This document shows positions 1 through 10,526 of a stretch of 64,000 nucleotides of DNA, piece by piece. Positions within the stretch are counted from its first letter, which is position 1; each line of letters starts with the position of its first letter. The translations under genes were made by a program, and so were the position numbers. This stretch comes from Thermodesulfobacteriota bacterium (GTDB lineage Bacteria; Desulfobacterota; Desulfobulbia; Desulfobulbales; SURF-16). The notes under the pieces were generated by a model that worked only from the letters and a program-made list of their open reading frames with translations, had not been told where the DNA came from and did not search any database. The DNA lies in assembly GCA_040755455.1 (NCBI GenBank), contig JBFMAY010000014.1:1-64000 (forward strand), in the 5' to 3' direction.

Positions 1-506
1 AAATAAAAAGAAAAGACAGGTTGAAAAGAGAAACGAGAAAAGTAAATCCGGTGCTGGTTTATCAGACGGCCTTTGGTGCTGAGTTTTTCACCGCCGGAAA
101 CTGCTGTTTTTTAAGCCGGCGGTAATAGACCTGGGCAACCTGCTGCAATGGGTGCGCGCCCATATCTGATAAAAAATGGCGGAGACTGCTTTGGTGTTTG
201 CCCTGAACCTTCCTGCCATGTAACCGGTTGTTGCATTTTTTATAGCCCAGCACATCTTTGCTGTTGAATGTTTGCTGTTGATTCTGCTTAAAATGAAATA
301 GAGTCGTCTTGTGATATGGAGGCGGCGTTCTGCCACCTTGTTCGCCACAGCGGCTGGTCCCCAGGAAATCGTCTGTAATCGCGGCACGTTCCGCAGACCG
401 TTATTATTGATCCGGACCAGAAAAGTATTGCCGCTGTGCTTTGCGGTGTCGGCAAGGCAGAGTGGCGGAAGCTGCGTGGAAAATATCTTGCTCATGGAGG
501 AAGTAG

Positions 507-1025
507 ATGAAAAATGAAGGTTTGTCCGGTTGTTGCGCCGCAATGCTGTTTGTGGCCCTATCGGTGGGCGCAGCCCCTGTCTGGGCCGAGCCGCTTGCCA
601 AGATCGACGGCGAGGCGCGCTGTGCCGTGTGTGGCATGTTCGTGGCGAAATATCCGAACTGGGTCACCCATATCCGCGATAGCAAAGGCCATGCGAAGAT
701 CTTTGACGGGGTCAAGGACCTGATGGCCTTTTATTTTGATCCCGGCGCCTTCGGGTCTGACGGCAAGCTGGCCGTGGCGGAGATATGGGTCAAGGACTAT
801 TACACCCTGGCCTGGCTTGACGGCCGCAAGGCCTTTTATGTCGTGGGCAGTGACGTCTACGGCCCCATGGGGGAAGAATTCATTCCCTTTCAGGACCAAG
901 GGGCCGCCGAAAATTTCCTCAAGGATCATCATGGCAGCAAACTTCTGACATTTAGTGAGATTACCAGGGAAATGGTCAAGTCCATGCGTTCCAGGTATAA
1001 GATGCAGGCTCCTGTGATGAAATAG
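507..1025 (+). CDS. nosL: NosL-family copper-binding exported protein
   Basis: Signal peptide, CxxCGM (CAVCGM), VKDYY and GSDVYGPMGEEFIPF motifs typical of NosL; GGAG RBS upstream. Confidence 0.8.
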   Translation: MKNEGLSGCCAAMLFVALSVGAAPVWAEPLAKIDGEARCAVCGMFVAKYPNWVTHIRDSKGHAKIFDGVKDLMAFYFDPGAFGSDGKLAVAEIWVKDYYTLAWLDGRKAFYVVGSDVYGPMGEEFIPFQDQGAAENFLKDHHGSKLLTFSEITREMVKSMRSRYKMQAPVMK

Positions 1026-1367
1026 CAGATCATGGCGCCGCGGCACCATGATTTTTCCGCAGCGGTTGGCCGTGGCCCTTGCGCCTTCCGCCTCACATTA
1101 TGGCTTGGCCCCGGTTCTCCCGCCTGCGGCACCCTTGATCCTCCCATCCGGGGTTCATTCATCCCTTGACTTCGGAAAACCTTTCATGCGAAAATCCGTC
1201 ATATGGAAAAGCGGGATGGGAAGAGGACGGCCAATGCATCCTTGCCCTCGAATTTCCCATGCCGCGCATGAATTCACGGCGGCATGATCAGGACTCAGCT
1301 TTACCTTTTTCGCCGCCGAATTGCCCCGTGACCGGGGACCGCCTCACAGCATCACCTCAATATTGCC

Positions 1368-3818
1368 ATGCCGAAAAATAAAAGTGTCATCAGGATATTT
1401 CTGTTCAGCGCCATCACCCTTGTGGTTCTTTCCAGTATTCTTGGCGGCGCGATAACCATCTACAACGATTACCGGGATTTTTTGACTGAATCGAAAATCA
1501 TTGAGGATAAGTATACGGAGCAGCAAAAAGCCCTGATTAAAAATGAGGTGGAGAAAACCGTCGATTATGTCGCCTTCATGAAGTCACTGCTCGAGCATCG
1601 CGTGCAGTCCGAGGTGAAAAACAGGGTCTATGAAGCCTATTCGATTGCCGCGCATCTCTACCAGACAAATGCCGGCAGGATGCCTGCCGATGAAGTTGAG
1701 AACCTGGTCAGAGAGGCCCTGCGGCCCATCCGTTTCCACAACGGCCGGGGATACTTTTTCGCCGTCTCCCTTGACGGCATAGAGGAACTGTTTGCCGACC
1801 GGCCCGAGGTTGAAGGCCAAAACATGCTCGCTATTCAGGACAAGGAAGGGAAATTCGTTATCCGGGACATGATCAGCATTGCCAGGGAAAAGGGCGAAGG
1901 ATTCTACCAGTACCTGTGGACCAAGCCGTTGCAAGGGGAAAGTGTTTTCCCCAAGATTGCCTATGTGAAACATTTTGAACCGTTAAACTGGCTGATCGGT
2001 ACAGGTGAATATATTGATGACATGGAAAAGGATATCCAGCACGAGGTTCTTGAGCGCATAGCAAAGATCAGATTCGGCAAGGATGGCTACATCTTTGTCG
2101 TTGATTTCAATGGGACCACCTTGATGAACGATACCCAGCGGGAACTGATCGGGGTGAATATCCTGGACCTTACCGACCCGAACGGCGTGAAGGTTTTCCA
2201 GGAAGAGAGAAGGGCGGCGGAAAAGCCGGAGGGGGATTTCATCAGCTATGTGTGGAACAAGCCGACCCAGGCAAAACCCGTTCCGAAGATATCATTCATC
2301 AAGGGGTACATGAACTGGAACTGGATCATCGGCGCGGGTGTTTATCTTGACGACGTCCAGACCATCATCTCCCAGGAGAAAGAGATATTAAAGAAAAAGG
2401 CGGTCAAGCAGGTTTCCTATATCCTCCTGTCAATGGTTCTCTCCATTGTATTAATGGTGCTCATCGCCAGGTTTCTGACGAGGAAGATTGAAAAGGAATT
2501 CAATGTTTTCACCAATTTTTTTGAAAAAGCCTCATCCCAGGCGGAAAGCATTGAGGTCAGCGAGCTGCGTTTTCAGGAATTTCAACGGCTGGCGCACTCG
2601 GCCAACAGGATGGTGGCAAAGCAGCAGGAGGCGGACCGCAAGCGTTTGCAGGCTGAGGCTGAAAAAGAAAATATTGAAATAAAATTGCGGCAGGCCCAGA
2701 AAATGGAGGCCATCGGCACCCTGGCCGGCGGGATTGCCCATGATTTCAATAATATTCTCAGTGTCATTCTCGGCTATTCGGAGATGGCCAGGGACGATGT
2801 CCCGCCCAATTCCGGGTTGTCCGAATATATTGATGAAATTTTTACCGCCGGCAACCGCGCCAAGAATCTGGTGCAGCAGATCCTGGCCTTCAGCCGCCAG
2901 TCAAAGGTGGAACGGATCATCCTCCAGCCCCAGCCGCTGATCAAGGAGGCCCTGAAAATGCTGCGCTCCTCGATCCCCACCACCATCGACATCCAGGATG
3001 ATATTGCCGCGGATTGCGGCACCATCGAGGCCGACCCCACCCAGCTCTACCAGATTCTGATGAATCTGTGCACCAATGCCTTTCATGCCATGGAGAAATC
3101 CGGCGGCATTCTGCGGGTCGAATTAAAGGTTGCTGAGCATCTCCCGCCGGAATTACAAGATGACGGATCCCCGGTACAGACCTTTATTGAGCTTGCCGTC
3201 AGTGACACGGGCCATGGCATCGGCCCGGATATCATCGACAAAATTTTTGATCCCTTTTTCACCACCAAAGAGCAGGGCAAGGGGACCGGCATGGGGCTGG
3301 CCATCGCCTACGGGATCATCCGGGATTATGGGGGGACGATTACCGTTGACAGTCAGCTGCACCAGGGGACCACCTTTCATATCTATATCCCGCAGAGCAA
3401 AGAGGATGCCGTTGCCCAAAAATCCGCCACTGAGGAGATCCCGACGGGCAAGGAGCGGATCCTGCTGGTGGATGATGAGGAGCTGCTGGCCGGCCTCGGC
3501 AAACGCATGCTGGAAAGGCTCGGATATCATGTCACGGTCAGACTGCGCAGCTTTGAGGCCCTGGACCTTTTCTATAAACAACCGGACCGGTTCGATCTCG
3601 TGATCACCGACCAGACCATGCCCGGCATGACCGGCATTGAACTTGCCAAGAAAATGCTGCTCATCCGCCCGGATATCCCGATCATTCTCTGTACCGGCTA
3701 CAGCAGTCAGGTGGATGAAGAGATGGCCAAGCAAAAAGGCATCAAGGAATTCGCCCTTAAACCCCTTGCCAAGGATGAGATTGCCCGGCTGATCCGCAAG
3801 GTTCTCAATCATGCCTGA
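1368..3818 (+). CDS. Hybrid sensor histidine kinase with tandem Cache domains and C-terminal receiver
   Basis: Two TM segments flanking two Cache-2-like repeats (YFF/YIF...KI.Y/F.K...W.IG); H-box AGGIAHDFNN; G2 box GKGTGMGL; receiver LLVDD...TDQTMP...KP. Confidence 0.92.
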   Translation: MPKNKSVIRIFLFSAITLVVLSSILGGAITIYNDYRDFLTESKIIEDKYTEQQKALIKNEVEKTVDYVAFMKSLLEHRVQSEVKNRVYEAYSIAAHLYQTNAGRMPADEVENLVREALRPIRFHNGRGYFFAVSLDGIEELFADRPEVEGQNMLAIQDKEGKFVIRDMISIAREKGEGFYQYLWTKPLQGESVFPKIAYVKHFEPLNWLIGTGEYIDDMEKDIQHEVLERIAKIRFGKDGYIFVVDFNGTTLMNDTQRELIGVNILDLTDPNGVKVFQEERRAAEKPEGDFISYVWNKPTQAKPVPKISFIKGYMNWNWIIGAGVYLDDVQTIISQEKEILKKKAVKQVSYILLSMVLSIVLMVLIARFLTRKIEKEFNVFTNFFEKASSQAESIEVSELRFQEFQRLAHSANRMVAKQQEADRKRLQAEAEKENIEIKLRQAQKMEAIGTLAGGIAHDFNNILSVILGYSEMARDDVPPNSGLSEYIDEIFTAGNRAKNLVQQILAFSRQSKVERIILQPQPLIKEALKMLRSSIPTTIDIQDDIAADCGTIEADPTQLYQILMNLCTNAFHAMEKSGGILRVELKVAEHLPPELQDDGSPVQTFIELAVSDTGHGIGPDIIDKIFDPFFTTKEQGKGTGMGLAIAYGIIRDYGGTITVDSQLHQGTTFHIYIPQSKEDAVAQKSATEEIPTGKERILLVDDEELLAGLGKRMLERLGYHVTVRLRSFEALDLFYKQPDRFDLVITDQTMPGMTGIELAKKMLLIRPDIPIILCTGYSSQVDEEMAKQKGIKEFALKPLAKDEIARLIRKVLNHA

Positions 3819-3895
3819 GCGAGGCGGCTTCATCTCGAAAATGCGGATAGGCACGCTCCCTGCCCGCAGGCCAACAGACCAAGGAGGTCATGTTC

Positions 3896-4207
3896 ATGAA
3901 CATGCTTTTCATTATTCAAACAGCTGACGGGGAAACCATTTACAACGCCATGCGATTGGCCAATGTCGGGATCAAAAAAGGGGACCATATCAGCGTCTTC
4001 ATGCTCGGCAAGGGGGTTCTCTTTGAAAAAGCCGGCACGGAACAGTTCAATGTCATGGAGCAGATGAATCAGTTCACCGGTGACTTTTACGTCTGAGGGG
4101 TATGCATGAAATCCCACGGTCTGGAGGGATCAAGCACCTGCCCCATAGGATGGATGGATGACCTTTATGAACTGGCCAGGGAGGCGGATAAGGTCTTGAC
4201 CTTTTGA
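3896..4207 (+). CDS. DsrE/DsrF-family probable selenoprotein (Sec at UGA 4094-4096)
   Basis: AAGGAGG RBS at 3881; DsrE-like N-half; frame continues past TGA as U-G-V-C...DLYELAREADKVLTF to stop at 4207; SECIS-like hairpin downstream. Confidence 0.82.
4111..4130 (+). promoter_or_regulatory. Bacterial SECIS-like hairpin
   Basis: ATCCC-AC-GGTCT-GGA-GGGAT starting 14 nt after the UGA; GGUCU apical motif as in the E. coli fdhF SECIS. Confidence 0.7.
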
Positions 4208-4257
4208 GGCTTGTCCGTCAATGAAGCTGTTGTTCGCACTCCGTCTTTCCGGCCTTG

Positions 4258-4299
4258 CCCGAACCGGCACGAGGCCGCCTGGCCTCGTGCCGGTTCGGG
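4258..4299. terminator. Perfect 19-bp inverted repeat between convergent dsrE-like and lon genes (likely bidirectional terminator)
   Basis: CCCGAACCGGCACGAGGCC-GCCT-GGCCTCGTGCCGGTTCGGG. Confidence 0.7.
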
Positions 4300-4300
4300 T

Positions 4301-6652
4301 TTAGGCAATGGCTATTTTTAAAGCCTCTTTGATATCGGTCACATAATGAAAGGTAATGGTGTTGCGGACCGATTCACGGATTTCCGCCACATCCTTTTTG
4401 TTAAGGGCCGGCAGGATCACCTCGCTGATGCCTGAACGGACGGCGGCCAGCACCTTCTCCTTGATGCCGCCCACGGGCAGCACATCGCCCCGCAGGGTGA
4501 TTTCGCCGGTCATGACCACATCCTTGCGCACCGGGCGGTTGGTGAAAAGCGAGGTGAGCGACACCACCATGGCCACACCGGCCGACGGCCCGTCTTTCGG
4601 GGTGGCGCCCTCCGGCACATGGATGTGGATATCGTTTGCGGCAAACAGCTCTTCATCAATCTGCAGGTCCGCGGCATGGGCCCGGATATAGGTCAGGGCG
4701 GCGCTGGCCGACTCCTTCATCACATCGCCGAGCTTGCCGGTCATCTTGAGCCCGGCGGGGCCTTTCATCTTGGCGGATTCGATAAAGAGCAGCTCTCCGC
4801 CGAACGGGGTCCAGGCCAGGCCGGTGGCCAGCCCCGGTCCCCATGAGTGGGCGGATGTCTCCGGGAAAAACTGAATGGGGCCCAGGAATTTCTCCAGATC
4901 ATTGGCGTCAATCGTCGCCTTTTTGGTTTCGCCAATGACAATATCCTTGGCAACCCCGCGGCACACCGTGGCAAGCTGCCTTTCCAGGTTCCGCACCCCA
5001 GCCTCCCGGGTATAGGAGCGGATGATGGAGCGGATGGCGTCATCGGTAAAGCTGATGTCGTCATCGGTCAGGGCATGGGCCTCCAGCTGCCGTTCGATGA
5101 GATGGCCCTTGGCGATATGCAGCTTTTCATCCTCCGTGTAGCCCGACAGGGTGATGACCTCCATGCGGTCGCGCAGGGGGCCGGGGATGGTGTCAAGCAT
5201 GTTGGCGGTGGTGATGAACATGACCTTGGACAGATCGAAGTTGATCTCCAGATAATGGTCGCTGAAGGTGGAGTTCTGCTCCGGGTCGAGCACCTCGAGC
5301 AGGGCGGAGGATGGGTCGCCGCGGAAATCCATGCCGAGCTTGTCGATTTCATCGAGCATGAACAGGGGATTGTTGGAGCCCGCCTTGCGCAGGCTCTGGA
5401 TAATGCGGCCGGGCAGGGCGCCGATATAGGTGCGCCGGTGACCGCGGATCTCCGCCTCATCGCGTACCCCGCCCAGGGAGATGCGCACGAATTTTCTGCC
5501 CATGGTCCGGGCGATGGACTGGCCCAGCGAGGTCTTGCCGACCCCTGGAGGGCCGACAAAGCACAGGATGGGGCCATGCATGTCCTGTTTGAGTTTGCGC
5601 ACCGCCAGAAACTCGACGATTCTCTTTTTGATGCGTTCAAGACCGTAATGGTCCCGGTCAAGGTCCTCCTGGGCCTTTTTGATGTCCAGCGAATCCTCGG
5701 TGGAGATCTCCCAGGGCATCTCCAGCAGCCAGTCGATATAGGTGCGGGAAACGGTGTATTCCGGCGATGAGGGGGAAATGCGGCCCAGCCGGTCCAGTTC
5801 CTTTTTGGCGACCTTGCGCGCCTCCTCGCTCAGTTTGGCGTTGTCAAACTTGACCTTCAGTTCGTCAAGATCGAGATTTTCATTGTCCTCGCCCAGCTCC
5901 TTGCGGATGGCCTGCAGCTGTTGCCTGAGAAAGAATTCCCGCTGTTTCTTGTCAATGTCCTCCTTGACCGATTTCTGGATTTCCTGGCTCATCTGCGCGG
6001 TGTCCAGCCTCTTGTTGAGATTTGAGGTAACCCGGCGCAGCAGTTCCTTCAAGGTCGCCGTTTCCAGGATCGCCTGCTCCTCCTCCTGGCTGATATGCAG
6101 CTGGGAAGAGATGAGATAGGCGGAATGAAAGGGATTGGTGAGGGACTCGACCGTCATGACGATTTCCGGGGGCAGCATGACCAGTTCGGCAAGTTTTTTG
6201 AACTGGGTTTTCAGATTCAGGTCAAGGGCCTCGGCTTCCTGGTCCATTGTCTCGTCCATCTCGAGCACCTCGACCTTGGCGACGAGATAGGGGGAGGTTT
6301 GCACGTAATCGATGATCCTGATCTTTTTGAAACCGCTGGTCAGGACATGGTAGGCGTTGTCGCTGTTCTTGACCAGCTTGTGGATATAGCCGGCCACGCC
6401 GATTGCGTAAAGGTGCTCGCCGCTCACCTGGTCCGGTTCCCCTTCAATGGGCTTATGGGAAACCAGTCCCAGCAGCCGGTTTTTCAGCAGGATATCATCG
6501 ATAAGCTGCTTGGACTGCTCGCTTTTGACCTGCAGGGGAAAGCCCATGCCGGGGAAAAAGACAAAACCGTGCAGCGGCAGGATGGGAAGTTCGTCGGGTA
6601 TTTCCAGTTGATTGGGATCAACGTTGGGACTATGTTTTTTGTCGTCACTCAT
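4301..6652 (-). CDS. lon: ATP-dependent Lon protease
   Basis: N-terminal LPILPL, Walker A GPPGVGKTS, RRTYIGALPG, catalytic PKDGPSAG. Confidence 0.97.
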   Translation of the reverse strand: MSDDKKHSPNVDPNQLEIPDELPILPLHGFVFFPGMGFPLQVKSEQSKQLIDDILLKNRLLGLVSHKPIEGEPDQVSGEHLYAIGVAGYIHKLVKNSDNAYHVLTSGFKKIRIIDYVQTSPYLVAKVEVLEMDETMDQEAEALDLNLKTQFKKLAELVMLPPEIVMTVESLTNPFHSAYLISSQLHISQEEEQAILETATLKELLRRVTSNLNKRLDTAQMSQEIQKSVKEDIDKKQREFFLRQQLQAIRKELGEDNENLDLDELKVKFDNAKLSEEARKVAKKELDRLGRISPSSPEYTVSRTYIDWLLEMPWEISTEDSLDIKKAQEDLDRDHYGLERIKKRIVEFLAVRKLKQDMHGPILCFVGPPGVGKTSLGQSIARTMGRKFVRISLGGVRDEAEIRGHRRTYIGALPGRIIQSLRKAGSNNPLFMLDEIDKLGMDFRGDPSSALLEVLDPEQNSTFSDHYLEINFDLSKVMFITTANMLDTIPGPLRDRMEVITLSGYTEDEKLHIAKGHLIERQLEAHALTDDDISFTDDAIRSIIRSYTREAGVRNLERQLATVCRGVAKDIVIGETKKATIDANDLEKFLGPIQFFPETSAHSWGPGLATGLAWTPFGGELLFIESAKMKGPAGLKMTGKLGDVMKESASAALTYIRAHAADLQIDEELFAANDIHIHVPEGATPKDGPSAGVAMVVSLTSLFTNRPVRKDVVMTGEITLRGDVLPVGGIKEKVLAAVRSGISEVILPALNKKDVAEIRESVRNTITFHYVTDIKEALKIAIA

Positions 6653-6669
6653 GGCGGTTGCCTCTCCCT

Positions 6670-7110
6670 TTATTCTCCTTTGATGGTGACCTTGATCGGG
6701 CTGGGTATCTTCTTCTTGGGCAGGCGGATCAGCAGGAAGCCGTTCTTGCAGGTGGATGAGGATGCTTCTCCGTCGATCGGGCCGGCAAGGGAGATGGTGC
6801 GCTTGAATTTGCCATATTCCACCTCAAGCTGATGAATGCAGATGGTGTGGTCGAAATCAGGCCGTAAACGTTCTCCTGAAACAGTGACACTGGCATGATT
6901 GACCAGGACGGACAGTTTATCCGGATCGACGCCGGGAATCTCCATGTAAACGAAGAATTCATGGGCGGTTTCGTATACATCCGTGGGGATAAACAGATTT
7001 TCCGCCCGGAAGGGGAACATGCGGTGGGTGGACATGTTGCGGAGCATGCGTCCGAATTCTCTTTCAATCTCGTCAAATGTATTGCCTGGTAACTTTTTGA
7101 AAGGATCCAT
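6670..7110 (-). CDS. Hsp20/alpha-crystallin small heat-shock protein
   Basis: DVYET...EIPGV...YGKFKRTISL...NGFLLIRLPK; directly upstream of lon. Confidence 0.9.
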   Translation of the reverse strand: MDPFKKLPGNTFDEIEREFGRMLRNMSTHRMFPFRAENLFIPTDVYETAHEFFVYMEIPGVDPDKLSVLVNHASVTVSGERLRPDFDHTICIHQLEVEYGKFKRTISLAGPIDGEASSSTCKNGFLLIRLPKKKIPSPIKVTIKGE

Positions 7111-7245
7111 TCTATTGCCTCTGTTTCATGCTGTTTTTGATAAATTTTCCGGATAGGTCCATATTACACGTAAAAATTGTGATGTGAAGTAAAATATATG
7201 TCATGATCGGGGTGTATTGTAAAAATAAAACAATAAGGATAACCG

Positions 7246-7980
7246 ATGGATAATGCAATAAGACTTGCCGCCGGCCTGCTGAAAAAAAGCCGCAAGGCCG
7301 TGGCCTTGACCGGCGCGGGGGCCAGCACGGAAAGCGGTATTCCTGATTTCCGCAGCGCCGGAGGTTTGTGGTCCCGCTTCGACCCCCTTGCATACGGCAC
7401 CCGCGGCGCGTTTCAGCGCAACCCGGCCAAGGTGTGGCGGATGCTGAGTGAGCTGCTGGCGCTGGTTGACTGCCGGCCCAATCGCGGCCATGAAGCCATG
7501 GCCAGGCTCGAAGCGATGGGCATGCTCCACGGCATCATCACCCAGAATATCGATGGCCTGCACCAGAAGGCGGGCAGCCGGCATGTCATCGAGTTTCACG
7601 GGTCAATGGCCTCCTTCAGCTGCCTTGGCTGCGGGGCGGCGAAGTTGCTTGCTGAGGTCAGGCGAATGGAGCTGCCGCCGCATTGCCCGGTCTGCCGGGC
7701 CATTCTCAAGCCGGATGTGGTATTTTTTGATGAGCAGATTCCCCCCCAGGCCCTGCGCGGCACGGAAAAGCTGCTGGCCGGGGCCGATCTGCTGCTGGTG
7801 GCGGGCACCTCCTGCGAGGTGATGCCGGCCGCGCTGATCCCCAGCCAGGTTGTGCGTCAGGGAGGGATGGTGATCGAAATCAACCTTGCGCCGGTGCTGA
7901 CCAAGATTGCCCGGCTGTCGCTGGCCGGTAAATTCACGGAGGTGATGAGCGCAATTGTTGATCAAATGGCCGAGAGCTGA
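7246..7980 (+). CDS. cobB: NAD-dependent protein deacylase (sirtuin, CobB-like)
   Basis: GAGASTESGIPDFRS, TQNIDGLH, HG, two CxxC Zn motifs, GTS. Confidence 0.92.
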   Translation: MDNAIRLAAGLLKKSRKAVALTGAGASTESGIPDFRSAGGLWSRFDPLAYGTRGAFQRNPAKVWRMLSELLALVDCRPNRGHEAMARLEAMGMLHGIITQNIDGLHQKAGSRHVIEFHGSMASFSCLGCGAAKLLAEVRRMELPPHCPVCRAILKPDVVFFDEQIPPQALRGTEKLLAGADLLLVAGTSCEVMPAALIPSQVVRQGGMVIEINLAPVLTKIARLSLAGKFTEVMSAIVDQMAES

Positions 7981-8057
7981 TAAATTGCAAAAGGTTGTCT
8001 TTAATACACAGTGTCGCCCGGTTATCCGGCGCAGCTCTTGCCAGGGGAAAAAGGTAA

Positions 8058-8441
8058 ATGGAAAACATGCAGCATGACAAGATGAGAAACGGCCGCGGGC
8101 TGCGCCGGCTGATCAGGGCCGGCCGGTCTTCGCTGGCCGGCTTTACGGCCGCCTTCCGCCATGAAGAGGCCTTTCGCCAGGAGGTGCTGCTCGCTGTGGT
8201 GCTGCTGCCCGCGGCCCTGCTGCTCGGGGAAACCGGGGTGGAAAGGGCATTGCTTGCCGGCAGTGTGCTGCTGGTGATGATAGTCGAGCTGCTTAATTCC
8301 GCCGTGGAGGCGGTTGTCGACCGGGTCGGCCTGGAATACCACCCTCTTTCCGGCCAGGCCAAGGACATGGGCTCAGCCGCCGTGTTGCTGGTGCTGGTCC
8401 TTGCCGCCGTGGTCTGGCTGTCCATCCTGCTCCCCGCCTGA
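8058..8441 (+). CDS. dgkA: Diacylglycerol kinase
   Basis: EEAFRQE, ELLNSAVEAVVD, AKDMGSAAV. Confidence 0.93.
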   Translation: MENMQHDKMRNGRGLRRLIRAGRSSLAGFTAAFRHEEAFRQEVLLAVVLLPAALLLGETGVERALLAGSVLLVMIVELLNSAVEAVVDRVGLEYHPLSGQAKDMGSAAVLLVLVLAAVVWLSILLPA

Positions 8442-8470
8442 GCGCGGCGGGCCGCTGCCTTCAGCTTCCC

Positions 8471-10369
8471 CTACCGGGTGAACCTGCCCAGCTCACCCAT
8501 GACCTGCACGAGATTATTTTTGCTTGCGGCGTTGAAGGCCGCCTCGTCGGCCACCGGCAGATCGTTTTTCGTGGTGATTACGCTCTGCACCGGCGGCCCT
8601 TTGTGCGGATAAACGGCCTTGTAATTCGAGTCCACGTAGCAGATCCGGGTCCAGTCGGTCATGATGGTATATGGCCTTTGCTCATCGCCCAGCAGGTCAA
8701 AGCCCATGGAGTAGTCCTGCGGAGGATTGGCCACGCCGAGCAGCTTCATGACCGTGGCCGGGAGATCGAGATGGCTGGTCATGCGGTCCACCACCGCCGG
8801 CTTCATGCCCGGCACGTAGAGGACCAGGGGCACCCGGCTCTGCTCCTCGACAAAGTTCGAGTTGTGTCCCCAGTGCCCTTTTTCCATGAATTCCTCGCCA
8901 TGATCGCCGGTGATGATCACCATGGTATTGTCCAGCAGCTGCTCCTGCCCTAGGAAATCAAGGATCCTTTTTATCAATTTGTCCTGGTGATGGCAGGCAT
9001 TGACGTAGCGGTTGAAAATCAGGCCGCTGTCCTTTTCCAGGGACATGGTGGCGTAGTTGAAGTCCTGCAGGTAGTCCTTCCTGATGACGCTTTCATCCGG
9101 GAAATAATAGCGGGCATGGGGTGATTCAAAAAACATGAAGGTCATGAACGGCCTTGCGGCGTCGCGCTTTTTGAGAAACTCCAGCATGTCCGTGATATTT
9201 TTCTGGTCGGCCTGCCAGCCGAACTGTTCAATATGCTCATGGAGCATGTCCCCCGGCACCCTGGCGAAGATGGTCTTGTCGAATTCCGGGTAGGAAAATC
9301 TGGCGCTGGTGTACATGCTCATCTGGTAGCCCTGCCGCTGCAGTTCATCCATCAGCACCGGGCTTCTTCTTTCATCGAGAAAGGAAAACCAGGAGTTGCC
9401 GTACAGGCCGTAAAACATGGTGAACATGCCCTCCCGGGTGCCGATCCCGCCGCTGTAATGCTGGGTGAAGCGACGGCCCTGCCGGGAGAAGGCGAAGGTC
9501 TCGGGCATGATTTCCTGGTCCAGCATATCCCAGCGCAGGGATTCCGCCACCAGCCAGACGATGTTGAGCGGCTTTTCCGGCCGGGTGACCTGCAGGGGCT
9601 GCAGGGGGTAGTGCAGGGCGGATGCGCTGCTGGCGAATGAGACATCATTTTTGCGGGCCACATTAAACCCCATTTTCTTGGCCAGGCTGCGGAAGGTGAG
9701 GGGCAGGTACAGGGGATAGGTGTTGGCCGTGACCAGAATGGGGCTGTAACACTGGAGATGGCTGACGCCGTAGGTGATTCTTTCGCCGCAGGCCAGCACC
9801 AGGAAGATAACGGTCAGATAGACCCAGGTCTTGCGGGGGCCGCCGGGGAGTCTGCCCTGGGACATGAAAGAGCGCAGAAGCCACAGAAGAAAGGCCGGCA
9901 GGACGATGATGCCGCCGGCAATCAGGCCATAGGTGACGGTTGCGGCATCGCTGCCTCCCATGGATTCGAGGCCGCCGGGGGTGGTTATCAGGTTCCAGAC
10001 AAAGCCGTTGAAGTGGAAGCCGAAAAGATTGTAAATGGTGCGGTCGGCGTAGAGCAGGAGGATGGTGCCGGCCGTGGTTGCAACGGCGGCGGTGTAGGTC
10101 AGGGCCGAAATCAGCCGGCGGTTTTCGCCCCGGTCCAGAACCTTGCAGCACAGGTAATGGCAGAGCTTGGTGATGATAAAGGCCGGCAGCAGATAAATAA
10201 AGCCGTAGGTCAGAAAGACGGCCATGGAAAAAAGGGCGGTTTTCACATTGTGGAAGTCTGTTTTCTGCAGAAATGAAGAGCAGACCGCCAGGGTCAGGAG
10301 GTAGCAGAGGGTGAAATAGTAGTTGAGTAAACGGGAGCGATCGTTACAGTTCATAGGTTTTTGCGCCAT
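8471..10369 (-). CDS. Membrane-anchored sulfatase-fold protein (YejM/PbgA-like, DUF3413)
   Basis: About five N-terminal TM helices, FHFNGFVW, NIVWLVAESLR, TGDHGEEF...WGH. Confidence 0.8.
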   Translation of the reverse strand: MAQKPMNCNDRSRLLNYYFTLCYLLTLAVCSSFLQKTDFHNVKTALFSMAVFLTYGFIYLLPAFIITKLCHYLCCKVLDRGENRRLISALTYTAAVATTAGTILLLYADRTIYNLFGFHFNGFVWNLITTPGGLESMGGSDAATVTYGLIAGGIIVLPAFLLWLLRSFMSQGRLPGGPRKTWVYLTVIFLVLACGERITYGVSHLQCYSPILVTANTYPLYLPLTFRSLAKKMGFNVARKNDVSFASSASALHYPLQPLQVTRPEKPLNIVWLVAESLRWDMLDQEIMPETFAFSRQGRRFTQHYSGGIGTREGMFTMFYGLYGNSWFSFLDERRSPVLMDELQRQGYQMSMYTSARFSYPEFDKTIFARVPGDMLHEHIEQFGWQADQKNITDMLEFLKKRDAARPFMTFMFFESPHARYYFPDESVIRKDYLQDFNYATMSLEKDSGLIFNRYVNACHHQDKLIKRILDFLGQEQLLDNTMVIITGDHGEEFMEKGHWGHNSNFVEEQSRVPLVLYVPGMKPAVVDRMTSHLDLPATVMKLLGVANPPQDYSMGFDLLGDEQRPYTIMTDWTRICYVDSNYKAVYPHKGPPVQSVITTKNDLPVADEAAFNAASKNNLVQVMGELGRFTR

Positions 10370-10526
10370 GGTGGCCCATGGCTGATGAGAGTCATAGTAA
10401 AAGGTGTTATGAAAAACAGGAAGAACACGAAGCCGGATGGCTGAGGGAAATGCTTTGTGTTCTTCCTGTTCTGTTTAAGACCCCCGGACGCGGGAAAGGT
10501 TCCCGGCCCGGGCCCTGCTGCGCGAT

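Noticed and set aside
62..543. Short ORFs at the window start
   Set aside because: Overlapping, no motifs or convincing RBS; cannot be supported
7246..7980. Sirtuin as a defence-associated Sir2 NADase
   Set aside because: It has the Zn-binding CxxC pairs and GIPDFR motif of housekeeping CobB deacylases and a housekeeping context
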